NCBI GenBank assembly: GCA_029261035.1
Contig: JAJDCD010000006.1
Location: forward strand, 1,086-65,085
Reading direction: 5' to 3'
DNA from: Candidatus Omnitrophota bacterium
GTDB taxonomy: Bacteria > Omnitrophota > Omnitrophia > Omnitrophales > JACROU01
Length of the DNA stretch: 64,000 nt
This document shows positions 10,505 through 20,876 of the stretch, piece after piece. The position numbers and the translations under genes are program-made. The notes below the pieces were generated by a model. It was not told the origin of the DNA. It saw only the letters and a program-made list of their open reading frames with translations, and did no database searches. Position 1 is the first letter of the stretch; each line of letters starts with the position of its first letter.

Positions 10505-11259
10505 TATCGTTGAAGTCTGAACGTGAAATAGAAATAATGAGGCAGTCAGCAAACATCTTAAAGAAAGTTTTTATTGAGCTTCTTGGTTTTGTCAAAGAAG
10601 GAATGACAACTTTAGATGTTGATGCTAAAGCAGAAAAAACGATTAGAAGTTTAGGTGGGGAGCCGGCATTTAAGGGATACAGAGATTTTCCAGGAACAAT
10701 ATGTGCGTCAGTTAATGATGAAGTGGTGCATGGGATTCCTTCTAAAAGAGTATTGCAAGAAGGGGATATATTTAGTTTGGATATGGGCGTTAAATATCAA
10801 GGTTACTACAGTGATTCAGCAAGAACATTGCCTATAGGTCAGATATCTGCTGAAGCTAAGAAGTTGATTGAAGTAACTCGTGATTCTGTTTTTGAGGGTG
10901 TGCAGGCAATAAAAAAAGGTAATCGTTTGGGAGATGTATCAAGTCGTATTCAAAAGCATATAGAAAAGCATAAATACGGTGTAGTAAGAGAGTTTGTTGG
11001 ACATGGTATTGGTAAAGAGTTACACGAAGATCCTCAGGTACCTAATTATGGGGAATCGGGAACTGGAATTGAGTTAAAAGAAGGTTTGGTTATAGCAGTA
11101 GAGCCCATGGTTAATTTAGGATCTGCTGCAGTTTGTATTTTGGATGACGGATGGACAGTAGTAACAGAAGATGGTCGCTTATCAGCTCATCATGAAGAAA
11201 TGATAGCTATTACTACTAATGGTCCAGAGGTTTTAACTAGTTTTGAGAGAGATATTTAA
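10501..11259 (+). CDS. map: methionine aminopeptidase type I
   Basis: 252 aa, MetAP metal-ligand pattern (D..D..H..E..E). Start overlaps the adk stop. Confidence 0.93.
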   Translation: MISLKSEREIEIMRQSANILKKVFIELLGFVKEGMTTLDVDAKAEKTIRSLGGEPAFKGYRDFPGTICASVNDEVVHGIPSKRVLQEGDIFSLDMGVKYQGYYSDSARTLPIGQISAEAKKLIEVTRDSVFEGVQAIKKGNRLGDVSSRIQKHIEKHKYGVVREFVGHGIGKELHEDPQVPNYGESGTGIELKEGLVIAVEPMVNLGSAAVCILDDGWTVVTEDGRLSAHHEEMIAITTNGPEVLTSFERDI

Positions 11260-11270
11260 AGGAGATTTGC

Positions 11271-11492
11271 TTGAGTCCTAAAGAAGATGCAATTGAAGTA
11301 GAGGGGATTGTTGTTGAACCATTGCCTAATGCAATGTTTCGAGTAGAGCTTGATAATGGACATAAAGTATTAGCTCATATCTCAGGAAAGATGAGAATGC
11401 ACTATATAAAAATTTTGCCAGGAGATAAAGTTAAAGTAGAGTTATCTCCCTACGATTTGACTCGAGGACGTATTACCTATCGTATTAAATAA
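11271..11492 (+). CDS. infA: translation initiation factor IF-1 (TTG start)
   Basis: 73 aa, S1-like fold sequence [21 protein letters not shown]. Confidence 0.92.
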   Translation: MSPKEDAIEVEGIVVEPLPNAMFRVELDNGHKVLAHISGKMRMHYIKILPGDKVKVELSPYDLTRGRITYRIK

Positions 11493-11509
11493 ATTTGAGA
11501 GGTTTTGAT

Positions 11510-11623
11510 ATGAAAGTTAGAAGTTCAGTAAGAAGAATTTGTGAAAAGTGTAAAGTTGTAAAAAGAAAGGGAGTTGTTTACGTCATTTGTGATACAGCGA
11601 AGCACAAGCAAAGACAAGGATAG
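11510..11623 (+). CDS. rpmJ: 50S ribosomal protein L36 (zinc ribbon)
   Basis: 37-aa [40 protein letters not shown]. Below the ORF-track size cutoff, located by hand between infA and rpsM. Confidence 0.92.
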   Translation: MKVRSSVRRICEKCKVVKRKGVVYVICDTAKHKQRQG

Positions 11624-11643
11624 CTTTTAAAGAGAGGAATATT

Positions 11644-12033
11644 ATGGCACGTATATTAGGAATTGATTTACCTAAAGAGAAGAGAATGGAAGTAGCTATT
11701 CGTTATATTTATGGAATAGGCCCTGCTTTAGGTGTAAAAATTTTAGCTGAAGCTCAAATTAATCCAAATACAAGATGTAAGGACTTAACAGAAAAAGATG
11801 TTGCTAATTTAACATCTGTAATTCAGAAGGATGAGTTTCAAGTCGAGGGAGATTTAAGAAGAGAAATTCAACAAAATATCAAAAGACTTATTGATATTCG
11901 ATCATACAGAGGAACGCGTCATATACGAGGGCTTCCATGTCGTGGGCAGAGAACGCATACAAATTCAAGGACCAGAAAAGGCCCTAAAAAAACTATTGGT
12001 GGATTAAGCAGAAAAGCACCAGCACCTAAATAA
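11644..12033 (+). CDS. rpsM: 30S ribosomal protein S13
   Basis: Begins [14 protein letters not shown], 129 aa. Confidence 0.96.
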   Translation: MARILGIDLPKEKRMEVAIRYIYGIGPALGVKILAEAQINPNTRCKDLTEKDVANLTSVIQKDEFQVEGDLRREIQQNIKRLIDIRSYRGTRHIRGLPCRGQRTHTNSRTRKGPKKTIGGLSRKAPAPK

Positions 12034-12056
12034 AATTTTGAGAACGGGAGTTTATA

Positions 12057-12452
12057 ATGGCAAAAGCAACAAAAGGTAAGATTAAAAAAGTAAAAAAAAC
12101 CTTATCGAGTACAAAAGGTATTGTTCATATTCAGGCAACATTTAACAATACATTAATTACGATTACGGACCCTAAGGGAAATACGATTTGTTGGGCGAGT
12201 GCTGGAGGATCAGGTTTTAAAGGTTCTAAAAAATCAACCCCTTTTGCAGCGCAAGTTGCAAGTGAAACAGCCGCTAAAAAAGCCGCTGAAATGGGTTTGA
12301 AAGAAGTAGAAGTGTTTATTAAAGGCCCAGGATCTGGAAGAGAATCTGCAATTCGAGCGTTACAAATTGCAGGACTTAATGTAACGGTAATCAAAGACGT
12401 TACTCCAATTCCACATAACGGCTGTCGACCACCAAAGAAAAGACGCGTTTAA
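12057..12452 (+). CDS. rpsK: 30S ribosomal protein S11
   Basis: Contains [18 protein letters not shown], like S11. Confidence 0.96.
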   Translation: MAKATKGKIKKVKKTLSSTKGIVHIQATFNNTLITITDPKGNTICWASAGGSGFKGSKKSTPFAAQVASETAAKKAAEMGLKEVEVFIKGPGSGRESAIRALQIAGLNVTVIKDVTPIPHNGCRPPKKRRV

Positions 12453-12476
12453 AATAGAATTTAGGAGGAAAATTTA

Positions 12477-13103
12477 GTGGGAAGAAGATTAGAACCCAAA
12501 TGTAGATTATGTCGAAGAGAAGGTGTTAAACTTTTCTTAAAAGGCATGCGTTGTTACACAGAGAAATGTGCTATCGAGAAACGAAACTTTGCTCCTGGAC
12601 AGCATGGTCAGAGAAGAACAAAATTATCTGATTATGGTATTCAGTTAAGAGAGAAGCAAAAGATGAAGAAGTTTTATGGTGTATTAGAGAAGCAGTTTAG
12701 AAATGGTTTCGCTGAAGCTGCCCGAATGAAAGGTGTAACTGGAAGTAACTTAGTAGAGCTGATGGAGCGCAGACTGGATAATGTTGTTTATCGTCTTTTA
12801 TGGTCTCTCTCTAGGCAGGAAGCTAGGCAGATGGTTCGTCATAAAAAAATATCAGTTAATGGGAAACTTGTTGATATTCCATCATTCCGAGTTCGTGTGG
12901 GCGACAAAGTAGCTTTAAGAATGAATGAATCGTTAGAAACTAGAATTAAAGATGTCCAAGAAAAAAGAGAGACTCATGATCTTGTTGGTTGGTTAGACAT
13001 GGATAAAAGTAGAACTTCAGGAACTGTGATTCGTCTTCCAGAAGAACAAGACGCAGGTTTACCTGTTGAAGTACAACAAATTGTAGAGCTTTATTCAAAA
13101 TAA
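12477..13103 (+). CDS. rpsD: 30S ribosomal protein S4 (GTG start)
   Basis: Zn-finger-like CRLCRREG...C..EKC and an S4 domain. 208 aa. Confidence 0.94.
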   Translation: MGRRLEPKCRLCRREGVKLFLKGMRCYTEKCAIEKRNFAPGQHGQRRTKLSDYGIQLREKQKMKKFYGVLEKQFRNGFAEAARMKGVTGSNLVELMERRLDNVVYRLLWSLSRQEARQMVRHKKISVNGKLVDIPSFRVRVGDKVALRMNESLETRIKDVQEKRETHDLVGWLDMDKSRTSGTVIRLPEEQDAGLPVEVQQIVELYSK

Positions 13104-13139
13104 TTTTGAATGAGTTTTTAATAAGGAGGAAATATATTT

Positions 13140-14141
13140 ATGGGAATTCGATGGAAATCATTTGAGACGCCAAAGCTTCTTGAATGTGACAAAAAGACTT
13201 TAACTCCTGGGTATGGAAAGTTTATTGCGGAGCCTTTTGAAAAGGGGTTTGGAACAACTATTGGGAATTCTTTGAGAAGAGTTCTTTATTCTTCTATTGA
13301 TGGCTCAGCCATTACAAACTTGAAGATCGAAGGAGCTTTGCACGAATTTTCAGCATTGGATGGTGTTTATGAAGATGTCGCGCAAATCATTCTTAATATC
13401 AAACAGCTTGTATTAAGATACCATGGTAAAGGGCCTAAAACGATTAGTTTGAAAGCTTCTAAAGAAGGTGTTGTTACAGCTAAAGACATTACTACTGATG
13501 ATACTGTTGAAATTGTGAACCCAGAACTTCATATTTGCACATTAACCAAAGACACCAACTTTTCAATGGAAATGGAAGTTGAAAAAGGTCGTGGTTATGT
13601 TTCTGCAGTAAAAAACAAAAAGGAAGATTCTCCTATTGGAGTTATTCCGATCGACTCTTTGTTTTCTCCTGTTCAAAAAGTCAACTTTTCAGTAGAGGAA
13701 ACCCGTGTAGGACAAGTGACGGATTACGATCGTTTGGTTCTAGAAGTATGGACTAATTCTGCCGTAGGTCCCGAAGAAGCGGTTCTTTATGCTTCTAATA
13801 TCTTACACAAGCATTTAGATATTTTTGTTAATTATGGAGAAATTGAAGTTGAAGAAGAAGACCAGCCTGAAGAAGAAGTGGACAAGGATTTTCTTGATCT
13901 GATTAACAAACCTATTTCTGAGTTGGAGCTTTCTGTTCGTAGTGCTAATTGTTTAGAAGCTGCAAATATTAAGACAATTGGTGACTTAATTCAAAGAGGC
14001 GAGCAGCAAATGTTAAAATATAAGAACTTCGGAAAGAAGTCGTTGACAGAAATCAATGCTATTTTAATAACTATGGGGCTTTCTCTTGGATTGGATATTC
14101 AACAAAGATTAACAAAAAAGAAGGTTGAGTTAGAACAATGA
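13140..14141 (+). CDS. rpoA: DNA-directed RNA polymerase alpha subunit
   Basis: 333 aa with N-terminal and C-terminal alpha-subunit domain signatures. Confidence 0.96.
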   Translation: MGIRWKSFETPKLLECDKKTLTPGYGKFIAEPFEKGFGTTIGNSLRRVLYSSIDGSAITNLKIEGALHEFSALDGVYEDVAQIILNIKQLVLRYHGKGPKTISLKASKEGVVTAKDITTDDTVEIVNPELHICTLTKDTNFSMEMEVEKGRGYVSAVKNKKEDSPIGVIPIDSLFSPVQKVNFSVEETRVGQVTDYDRLVLEVWTNSAVGPEEAVLYASNILHKHLDIFVNYGEIEVEEEDQPEEEVDKDFLDLINKPISELELSVRSANCLEAANIKTIGDLIQRGEQQMLKYKNFGKKSLTEINAILITMGLSLGLDIQQRLTKKKVELEQ

Positions 14142-14746
14142 GACACAGAAAAAGAACGGCTAAATTAGGCGTTAAATCAGCTCATAGAAAGGCGATGTTG
14201 GCTCATATTGTGGTAGCGCTTGTTGAACATCATCGTATTCGTACTACAGTTGATAGGGCAAAAGAAGCTCGTCGTTTAGCTGAAAAAATGATTACGTTAG
14301 CAAAAAGAAATACGTTGCATGCTAGAAGGCAAGCTATAGCTGCTCTACGGGATGAAATGGCTGTAAAAAAGCTTTTTGATAAGATTAGCCCCGAATTTGA
14401 ATTGGTTCAAGGTGGTTATACTCGTATCATTAAAGAAGCTGTCCGTCCTGGGGATGGCGCTCAAATGGTTTATTTGGAATTTTCTAAGAATATCGCCTTA
14501 GAGGAGCCAAAGACAGAGAAGAAGATTAAGCCTAGTAAATCAAAAAAATCTAGTTTAGATGATGTTTCTGTAGTTAAGAAAGATAAGGTGGATACTGGGA
14601 AAATAAAGGCTAGTACAGAAAAGCCTAAAAAATCAGAATCTACTACTGATAAAGAAGATGAGGAATCAGATATTGAAAAAGCACAGCAAAAAGGTGGTTT
14701 TTTAACATCTCTCAGAAAGTTTTTAAAAGGCGACGAAAAAAAGTAA
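14138..14746 (+). CDS. rplQ: 50S ribosomal protein L17 with a ~75-aa K/E/S-rich C-terminal extension
   Basis: Begins MRHRKRTAKLGVKSAHRKAM, as L17 does. 202 aa against ~120 typical. Start overlaps the rpoA stop. Confidence 0.9.
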   Translation: MRHRKRTAKLGVKSAHRKAMLAHIVVALVEHHRIRTTVDRAKEARRLAEKMITLAKRNTLHARRQAIAALRDEMAVKKLFDKISPEFELVQGGYTRIIKEAVRPGDGAQMVYLEFSKNIALEEPKTEKKIKPSKSKKSSLDDVSVVKKDKVDTGKIKASTEKPKKSESTTDKEDEESDIEKAQQKGGFLTSLRKFLKGDEKK

Positions 14747-14774
14747 TTTTTTTCTTACCATACAACTTACCTGA

Positions 14775-15947
14775 ATGAAAACAATGCAACTATCGACTCG
14801 TTTAGAAAAAGTAAAGCCTTCTGCTACTTTAGCAATTACAGCTAAAGCTAAGCAGATGAAAGCAGAAGGTCTTGATGTTATTTCTTTTGGGGCGGGCGAA
14901 CCTGACTTCGATACTCCTGAAAATATTAAACAAGCAGCAATTAAAGCGCTTCAAGAGGGCTTTACTAAGTATACCGCTGCGTCTGGATTAGATGAGTTCA
15001 AAAAAGAAATTGTAAAAAAATTTAAAAATGATAATCAAATTGATTATGAAACGAATCAAATTGTAGTCTCTGTCGGAGCAAAGCATTCTTTGTTTAATAT
15101 TTTTCAGACTATATTAAATGATGGAGATGAAGTAGTTATTCCTTCGCCTTATTGGTTGAGTTACCCCGAAATGGTACGTCTTTCAGGTGGTGAGCCTGTC
15201 ATTATTAATACGACAGAAAAAAGCCAATTTAAAATTACACCAGAACAATTCAGGAACAGCATTACATCAAAAACAAAAGCTCTTATTATTAATTCACCCT
15301 CTAATCCAACGGGGATGCTTTACTCTGAAGAAGAGTTAAGGGCTATTGCAGAAATTGCTGTTGAGAAAGGTGTTTTTATTGTGAGTGATGAAATATACGA
15401 GAAGCTTGTTTTTGATTCTAAGAAGTTTATTTCTGTCGCTTCTTTAAGTGAAGAGATTAAGAGTTGGACTTTTACTGTGAATGGCATGAGCAAAGCTTAT
15501 TCGATGACTGGGTGGCGCTTAGGGTATATAGGAGGCCCCAAAGAGATTGTTTCTAAAATTTCTAGTTTACAGAGTCACTCGACTTCAAACCCTACTTCTT
15601 TTGCTCAATTTGGAGGTATAGAGGCTTTAAAAAACGGCAAACAGTCTATAGACAAAATGCGGATTGTGTTTGAACAGAGAAGAAATTTAATTGCTCAGGA
15701 AATCGGGAAAATAGCGAAGTTAAGTCTTTTGTTGCCCGACGGAGCTTTTTACGTATTTGTTAATATATCTCAAACAGGTTTAACTAGCAGTGAGTTTACG
15801 GAAAAATTGCTAGAATCAGAAAAAGTTGCAGTAGTACCAGGAATTGTCTTTGGCAGTGATGATCACATACGTTTGAGCTTTGCTTCCTCAGATGAAAATA
15901 TAACTAAGGGCATTGCGCGCATCAAGAATTTTGTAGATCAACTTTAA
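14775..15947 (+). CDS. class I/II PLP-dependent aminotransferase (aspartate aminotransferase-like)
   Basis: 390 aa with the PLP-lysine motif SKAYSMTGWRLGY and an AAT-family N-terminus. Confidence 0.85.
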   Translation: MKTMQLSTRLEKVKPSATLAITAKAKQMKAEGLDVISFGAGEPDFDTPENIKQAAIKALQEGFTKYTAASGLDEFKKEIVKKFKNDNQIDYETNQIVVSVGAKHSLFNIFQTILNDGDEVVIPSPYWLSYPEMVRLSGGEPVIINTTEKSQFKITPEQFRNSITSKTKALIINSPSNPTGMLYSEEELRAIAEIAVEKGVFIVSDEIYEKLVFDSKKFISVASLSEEIKSWTFTVNGMSKAYSMTGWRLGYIGGPKEIVSKISSLQSHSTSNPTSFAQFGGIEALKNGKQSIDKMRIVFEQRRNLIAQEIGKIAKLSLLLPDGAFYVFVNISQTGLTSSEFTEKLLESEKVAVVPGIVFGSDDHIRLSFASSDENITKGIARIKNFVDQL

Positions 15948-15986
15948 ACTATTTTTGTTTTTTTCCGACTAAATTCTCATGGTCTT

Positions 15987-17900
15987 ATGATATCTAATGA
16001 TTTCGACTCAATTGAGCTCTCCATAGGAAATTCTTTTCCTCCTAATTTTCTAATCGAAAAATTAAAATCTATCGGATACATTGAACAAGATTATGTCTCG
16101 CAACCAGGAGACTATTCGGTTCGTGGCTATTTGTTTGATGTTTTTCCAATTACATACAGAAACCCAGTTCGTATTACTTTTAATATTGATACGATAGAGG
16201 AGATCAAAGATTTTTCTGCAAATGAACAGAAAACTTTTTCAACTTATAAATCAGTTCGCATAATTCCATTTAGTCAACTTTTCCAAAAAAAATTTTCTAG
16301 AAAAAATATAACAGAAGAGTATTGGCCTGTTACAGAGATTAAAGATTTGCAGCCTGGAGATTCTATTGTTCATCTAAACTATGGAATTGGTCAATTTGTT
16401 GGTGTAAAAATTCTGAAAGTGGAGAAGGGAAATAAAAAGTTTTTAGCTATAGAATATGATAAAAAAGAGATTCTTTACTTAGAGCTAGATGAGATGAAGT
16501 ATATAGAACGTTATATGGGGATAAAGGGAAAATCTGCTAAGTTAAGCAAGTTGCATAGTAAAGAGTGGGTTCGGATACGTGAAAAAACAAAACGAGCCAT
16601 AAAAGGATATGCAAATGATCTGTTAGAAATGCAGGCAAAAAGGCAACTATTAAAAGGAATCAAATTTCCAAAAGACAATGATTGGCAAAAAGAGTTTGAA
16701 GGAGAATTTCCATTTGATTTGACTCGCGATCAAGAGAAGTCTATTGTTGAGATTAAAATAGATATGGAAAGTTCTCGTCCGATGGACAGACTTCTTTGTG
16801 GGGATGTAGGCTATGGAAAAACCGAAGTTGCTTTAAGAGCAGCCTTTAAAGCTGTGAATGGCAATAAGCAAGTTGTATTTTTAGTTCCTACTACTATATT
16901 GGCGGAGCAGCACTACTTATTATTTGCGAATAGAGTTAAAAATTTCCCAGTACGTGTTGAAGTTTTGAGCCGTTTTAAAACTAAAGCGGAGCAGAAAAAA
17001 ATTGTAAAAGATATGAATGCAGGGCTCGTGGATGTCGTCATAGGAACACATAGACTTTTTTCTTCGGATATTAAGTTTAAGAATTTAGGGTTAGTGATTG
17101 TTGACGAGGAGCAGAGGTTTGGGGTTAGGCATAAAGAAAAATTAAAGCAATTAAGAACGCTTGTGGATGTATTAACTTTAACAGCGACTCCCATTCCGAG
17201 GACATTGTACTTATCTCTAATGGGAGCTAGGGATATGTCTGTTATCAATACACCACCTAAATCGAGATTACCTGTTCATACGGAAGTTTTGGATCTGAAA
17301 GAAGAAAAATTAGTTCAAATATTTGAAAGAGAGTTAGAGCGTAAAGGCCAAATTTTCTTTGTTCACAATAGGGTTCAATCGATAGAAAAAATATCAAAAA
17401 AGTTAACTAAACTATTTCCTAAAGTTCGCTTTGCAGTTGCTCATGGTCAATTGCCGCCAAAAACGTTAGAACATGTATTAATGCAATTTATGCAAAATGA
17501 GGTTGATTGTCTTATTTGTAGCAATATTATTGAATCGGGTGTGGATATTCCAAATGCGAATACAATTATTGTGAATAGGGCAGACCTTTTTGGTTTAGCA
17601 GATCTTTATCAGCTGAGAGGACGTGTTGGCAGGTATGCTAAGAAAAGAAAGGCCTATGCGTACTTTTTTGTCCCTAAAAGTTGGAGGATGACAGAGGAGG
17701 CTGAAAAGAGATTGAGCGCTATTGAAAGATTTACCGATTTAGGGTCTGGCTTTAAGATTGCAATGGAAGATTTGGAGATTCGAGGGGCTGGAAACCTGAT
17801 AGGCTCAGAGCAAAGTGGGTTTATTCATCAGGTTGGGTTTGATATGTATTGTCGACTCTTACAACAGATGATTGATGAAGAGAGAAAACGTTTGAAGTAG
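15987..17900 (+). CDS. mfd: short Mfd-like transcription-repair coupling factor (D1b fragment + RNAP-interaction domain + RecG-like translocase; N-terminal UvrB-homology region and D7 absent)
   Basis: Contains the CarD/TRCF RID (QPGDSIVHLNYGIGQFVGVK) and helicase motifs DVGYGKTEVA and VDEEQRFGV. 637 aa against ~1100-1150 for canonical Mfd. Confidence 0.75.
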   Translation: MISNDFDSIELSIGNSFPPNFLIEKLKSIGYIEQDYVSQPGDYSVRGYLFDVFPITYRNPVRITFNIDTIEEIKDFSANEQKTFSTYKSVRIIPFSQLFQKKFSRKNITEEYWPVTEIKDLQPGDSIVHLNYGIGQFVGVKILKVEKGNKKFLAIEYDKKEILYLELDEMKYIERYMGIKGKSAKLSKLHSKEWVRIREKTKRAIKGYANDLLEMQAKRQLLKGIKFPKDNDWQKEFEGEFPFDLTRDQEKSIVEIKIDMESSRPMDRLLCGDVGYGKTEVALRAAFKAVNGNKQVVFLVPTTILAEQHYLLFANRVKNFPVRVEVLSRFKTKAEQKKIVKDMNAGLVDVVIGTHRLFSSDIKFKNLGLVIVDEEQRFGVRHKEKLKQLRTLVDVLTLTATPIPRTLYLSLMGARDMSVINTPPKSRLPVHTEVLDLKEEKLVQIFERELERKGQIFFVHNRVQSIEKISKKLTKLFPKVRFAVAHGQLPPKTLEHVLMQFMQNEVDCLICSNIIESGVDIPNANTIIVNRADLFGLADLYQLRGRVGRYAKKRKAYAYFFVPKSWRMTEEAEKRLSAIERFTDLGSGFKIAMEDLEIRGAGNLIGSEQSGFIHQVGFDMYCRLLQQMIDEERKRLK

Positions 17901-18034
17901 ATTTTGTAAGTGTTTTCTATAAATAGACTTAGCAAGTTTGTGTTATAACCTCAGAATGCGTTTTCTTTATGGAAAACTATTGGATTTGGGGATATACTAA
18001 GGGAATTGCATTTGAACGAAAAGGGGAACGATAC

Positions 18035-19000
18035 ATGAGTAAATTTTATATTAGGCCTATTGTCTTGTTATTAGTCTTGTTTTTATGGATGCCTAAGGGA
18101 CATTCTGAAATTATTGAGAGAGTTGTCGCTGTTGTGAATAATGATGTTGTTACCCAGTCAGAGTTGGATGATTTGATTCGACCTGTTTTTGAGCAATATA
18201 GAACTGTTTATCAAGGCCAAGAGTTTGCTGAAAAAATGACTGAAGCAAGAAGGAAACTGTTGAATCAGTTGATAGAAGATAAGCTAGTTTATCAAGAGGC
18301 TCAGGAAAAAGGAGTTGTTGTATCGGAAGGTGAGATAGATGGTCGAATTATTGATTTTAAAAAACGGTTTAAGAACCCACAAGATTTTCAGCGAATTTTA
18401 TCTGCGCAAGGAATGTCTTTGAAGAAACTGCGAGAAAAGTATCGGCAACAAATTGCTGTTCGAAAACTAAACTATTTTGAGGTAAGGAATAAAGTTCTTG
18501 TTTCCCCTAAAGAGGTGAGGGAATATTATGAAGAGAATGAAGGGTTTTTTGTTCGTGATGAACAAGTCAGAATTTCTGGAATTACTATTCGTAAGGCGAA
18601 AGAGTTTAGAGATAAAGTAGATGAAGATGCGAAATTTAAAGCAGAACAAATCTTATCTAATATACAAAACGGCGCTGATTTTGGAAAAGTAGCAGAAGCT
18701 CAATCTGAAGACTATCAGGCTTCTAATGGAGGCGATATGGGGTTTGTGGGGCGAGGTGAGTTGGCTCCGACTATTGATGAAGTTATTTTTGCTCTAAAGC
18801 CTCAGCAGTTGTCTCAGGTTATTGAGACTGAAGTTGGGTATCATATATTTAGAGTTGAAGAACGGTCGGAAAAAGAAAAGAAGACATTGGAAGATGTCCG
18901 AAAAGATATAAGAGGTATTTTGTATCGAAAAAAAGCTGGAGAACGTTTTGATGAATGGCTGAAAGAATTAAAAGCCAAAGCATATATTTCCATTCGTTAA
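18035..19000 (+). CDS. SurA-like periplasmic chaperone / parvulin-type peptidyl-prolyl isomerase
   Basis: Signal peptide, SurA-N-like region and one parvulin domain (GGDMGFVGRGELAPTIDEVIF). Start chosen at the ATG after SD AAGGGGA; an upstream TTG ORF start at 17969 is less likely. Confidence 0.8.
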   Translation: MSKFYIRPIVLLLVLFLWMPKGHSEIIERVVAVVNNDVVTQSELDDLIRPVFEQYRTVYQGQEFAEKMTEARRKLLNQLIEDKLVYQEAQEKGVVVSEGEIDGRIIDFKKRFKNPQDFQRILSAQGMSLKKLREKYRQQIAVRKLNYFEVRNKVLVSPKEVREYYEENEGFFVRDEQVRISGITIRKAKEFRDKVDEDAKFKAEQILSNIQNGADFGKVAEAQSEDYQASNGGDMGFVGRGELAPTIDEVIFALKPQQLSQVIETEVGYHIFRVEERSEKEKKTLEDVRKDIRGILYRKKAGERFDEWLKELKAKAYISIR

Positions 19001-19023
19001 TGCCTACCTGATTAAGTGATATA

Positions 19024-20022
19024 ATGAAAAAAATGATCATTGCAATAAGTCTTGGGGACCCTGGGGGTATAGGCCCTGAAATTACATTAAAAGCTGTTAA
19101 ACAATTTAAACGAGAAAACCCTTCCGTCCAATGTGTTTTAATAGGACATCAAAACAGTTTAAAGCACTCTTTGCCTAAATCCTATAATTCTTCTTTCTTT
19201 ACTCCTTTTAATGTTGATTTGTCTCGAAAACAAATTTTCTCATTAAAGAAGGGGGTGTGGTTTTTTGAATTACCACTTAAAAAGACTTTTGATAAAGGGG
19301 TGATAAGCAAGATTAATGGCTCTATCGCACTAGACTCTATACAGGTGGCAATTCAATTGTGTATGAACAAACAAGCGGATTCTATGGTTACGGCGCCTGT
19401 TTCAAAAGCAGGTATAAGAAAAGTTTCAAAACAATTTAAGGGGCATACCGAATTATTAGCTAAAGAGTCTGGGGCCAAAAATGTCTCGATGATGTTTGTT
19501 TCAGATAAGGTTAAAATTGTTTTAGCAACGACTCATTTACCTCTGAAGATGGTTTCTAAATCGATTACGAAACAGCTGATATATAAGAAAATCTGTTTTA
19601 CCCAAAAAGTGCTAAAACAGATGTTTGGAATGAAAAAAATAAAATTAGCCATTTCTGCTTTGAATCCACATGGAAATGAATTTGGAACTGAAGAAGATTT
19701 GGAAATAAAGCCTGCTATACAGCAAGCAAAAAAGAAGCGAATTCCTGTGTATGGCCCTATCCCTGGTGATGAAATTTTTCGGGAGCTAATCGAGGGGAAG
19801 TGGGATGCTATTATTTCAATGTATCATGACCAAGCATTGGCGCCTTTTAAGGCATTTTACTTTGATTCGGGCGTCAATCTAACTGTAGGGCTTCCATTTA
19901 TCAGAACCTCTCCTGATCATGGTACAGCGTATGATATTGCATACAAAAGAAAAGCGAACTTTAAGCCTATGTTATCAGCTCTTAATTTAGCAAAAAAATT
20001 AAATGGAAAAGTGGTTTGTTGA
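19024..20022 (+). CDS. pdxA: 4-hydroxythreonine-4-phosphate dehydrogenase
   Basis: PdxA family motifs (HGTAYDIA, LNPHGNEFG). 332 aa. Confidence 0.88.
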   Translation: MKKMIIAISLGDPGGIGPEITLKAVKQFKRENPSVQCVLIGHQNSLKHSLPKSYNSSFFTPFNVDLSRKQIFSLKKGVWFFELPLKKTFDKGVISKINGSIALDSIQVAIQLCMNKQADSMVTAPVSKAGIRKVSKQFKGHTELLAKESGAKNVSMMFVSDKVKIVLATTHLPLKMVSKSITKQLIYKKICFTQKVLKQMFGMKKIKLAISALNPHGNEFGTEEDLEIKPAIQQAKKKRIPVYGPIPGDEIFRELIEGKWDAIISMYHDQALAPFKAFYFDSGVNLTVGLPFIRTSPDHGTAYDIAYKRKANFKPMLSALNLAKKLNGKVVC

Positions 20023-20024
20023 TT

Positions 20025-20876
20025 ATGGCTTCTAAATCTTTTCATCTTAGACCTAGAAAATCTCTCGGGCAAAACTACCTTAAAGATAAAAATATTATTA
20101 CTAAAATAGTAGAAGCCTTGCATTTAAAAGAAGGTGAGACGGTCCTTGAGATTGGTCCAGGCCAAGGGGCTTTAACTCATGAGTTGATGAAGCATAAGAT
20201 TGATTTGATAGCGGTAGAAAAAGATATTAAGTTAGTGGAGTTCTTATTAAAAGAATTTGAGCCTTTTAAGACTCGTTTTAATCTTTATTGTCAGGATATT
20301 TTGAAGTTTAAATTTTCAGAGTTAGCTCTTAAGAAAAAGATCAAGGTTGTTGGAAATTTACCTTACTATTTAACAACTCCTATATTATTTCATTTAGCGG
20401 AAGAAAGAGACTGTGTTGAGTCTGCATTGCTTATGGTTCAGCAAGAGGTGGCTGATCGGATTTTGGCGTCCCCAGGGAGTAAGTCTTATGGTCGTCTTTC
20501 AGTAACTTTGCGTTATTTTGCAGATGTCGAAAGGGTAATGAACGTTTCTAGTAGTTGCTTTTTTCCTGTTCCTAAAGTTAATTCTACGGTTATTTATGTG
20601 AAGTTTAAAGATTCAGCTGAGCTAGATGCAGATCCCGTTAATTTGGAGTTATTCCAGAGTATAGTCCGAGCTTTTTTTAGTCAAAGAAGAAAAAATATTT
20701 TAAATTGTCTGCATCGCTCAAAAGTTGCAGACTGGAGCAAAGAAGATTGGCAATTGCTTTTAGAAACTCTCCACTTAGCGACTAATCTAAGACCGGGGGA
20801 CTTATTTCTAAAAGATTTTATTCGTTTAAGCCAAGCAATTGAAAAAAGGCTTAAATCGAGTGATATGAAGGCCTAA
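20025..20876 (+). CDS. rsmA: 16S rRNA (adenine1518/1519-N6)-dimethyltransferase
   Basis: Sequences GQNYL and LEIGPGQGALT match the RsmA/KsgA family. Confidence 0.9.
   Translation: MASKSFHLRPRKSLGQNYLKDKNIITKIVEALHLKEGETVLEIGPGQGALTHELMKHKIDLIAVEKDIKLVEFLLKEFEPFKTRFNLYCQDILKFKFSELALKKKIKVVGNLPYYLTTPILFHLAEERDCVESALLMVQQEVADRILASPGSKSYGRLSVTLRYFADVERVMNVSSSCFFPVPKVNSTVIYVKFKDSAELDADPVNLELFQSIVRAFFSQRRKNILNCLHRSKVADWSKEDWQLLLETLHLATNLRPGDLFLKDFIRLSQAIEKRLKSSDMKA

Noticed and set aside
15987-17900. Possibility that the short Mfd is a pseudogene remnant
   Set aside because: The frame is uninterrupted with a clean ATG and stop. Flanking gaps of 39 and 134 nt hold no Mfd-like remnants. It is treated as an intact short form, though an assembly artefact cannot be excluded.
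17969-18034. Upstream TTG-initiated extension of the SurA-like ORF
   Set aside because: An ATG at 18035 is preceded by a good SD and immediately followed by a signal peptide.
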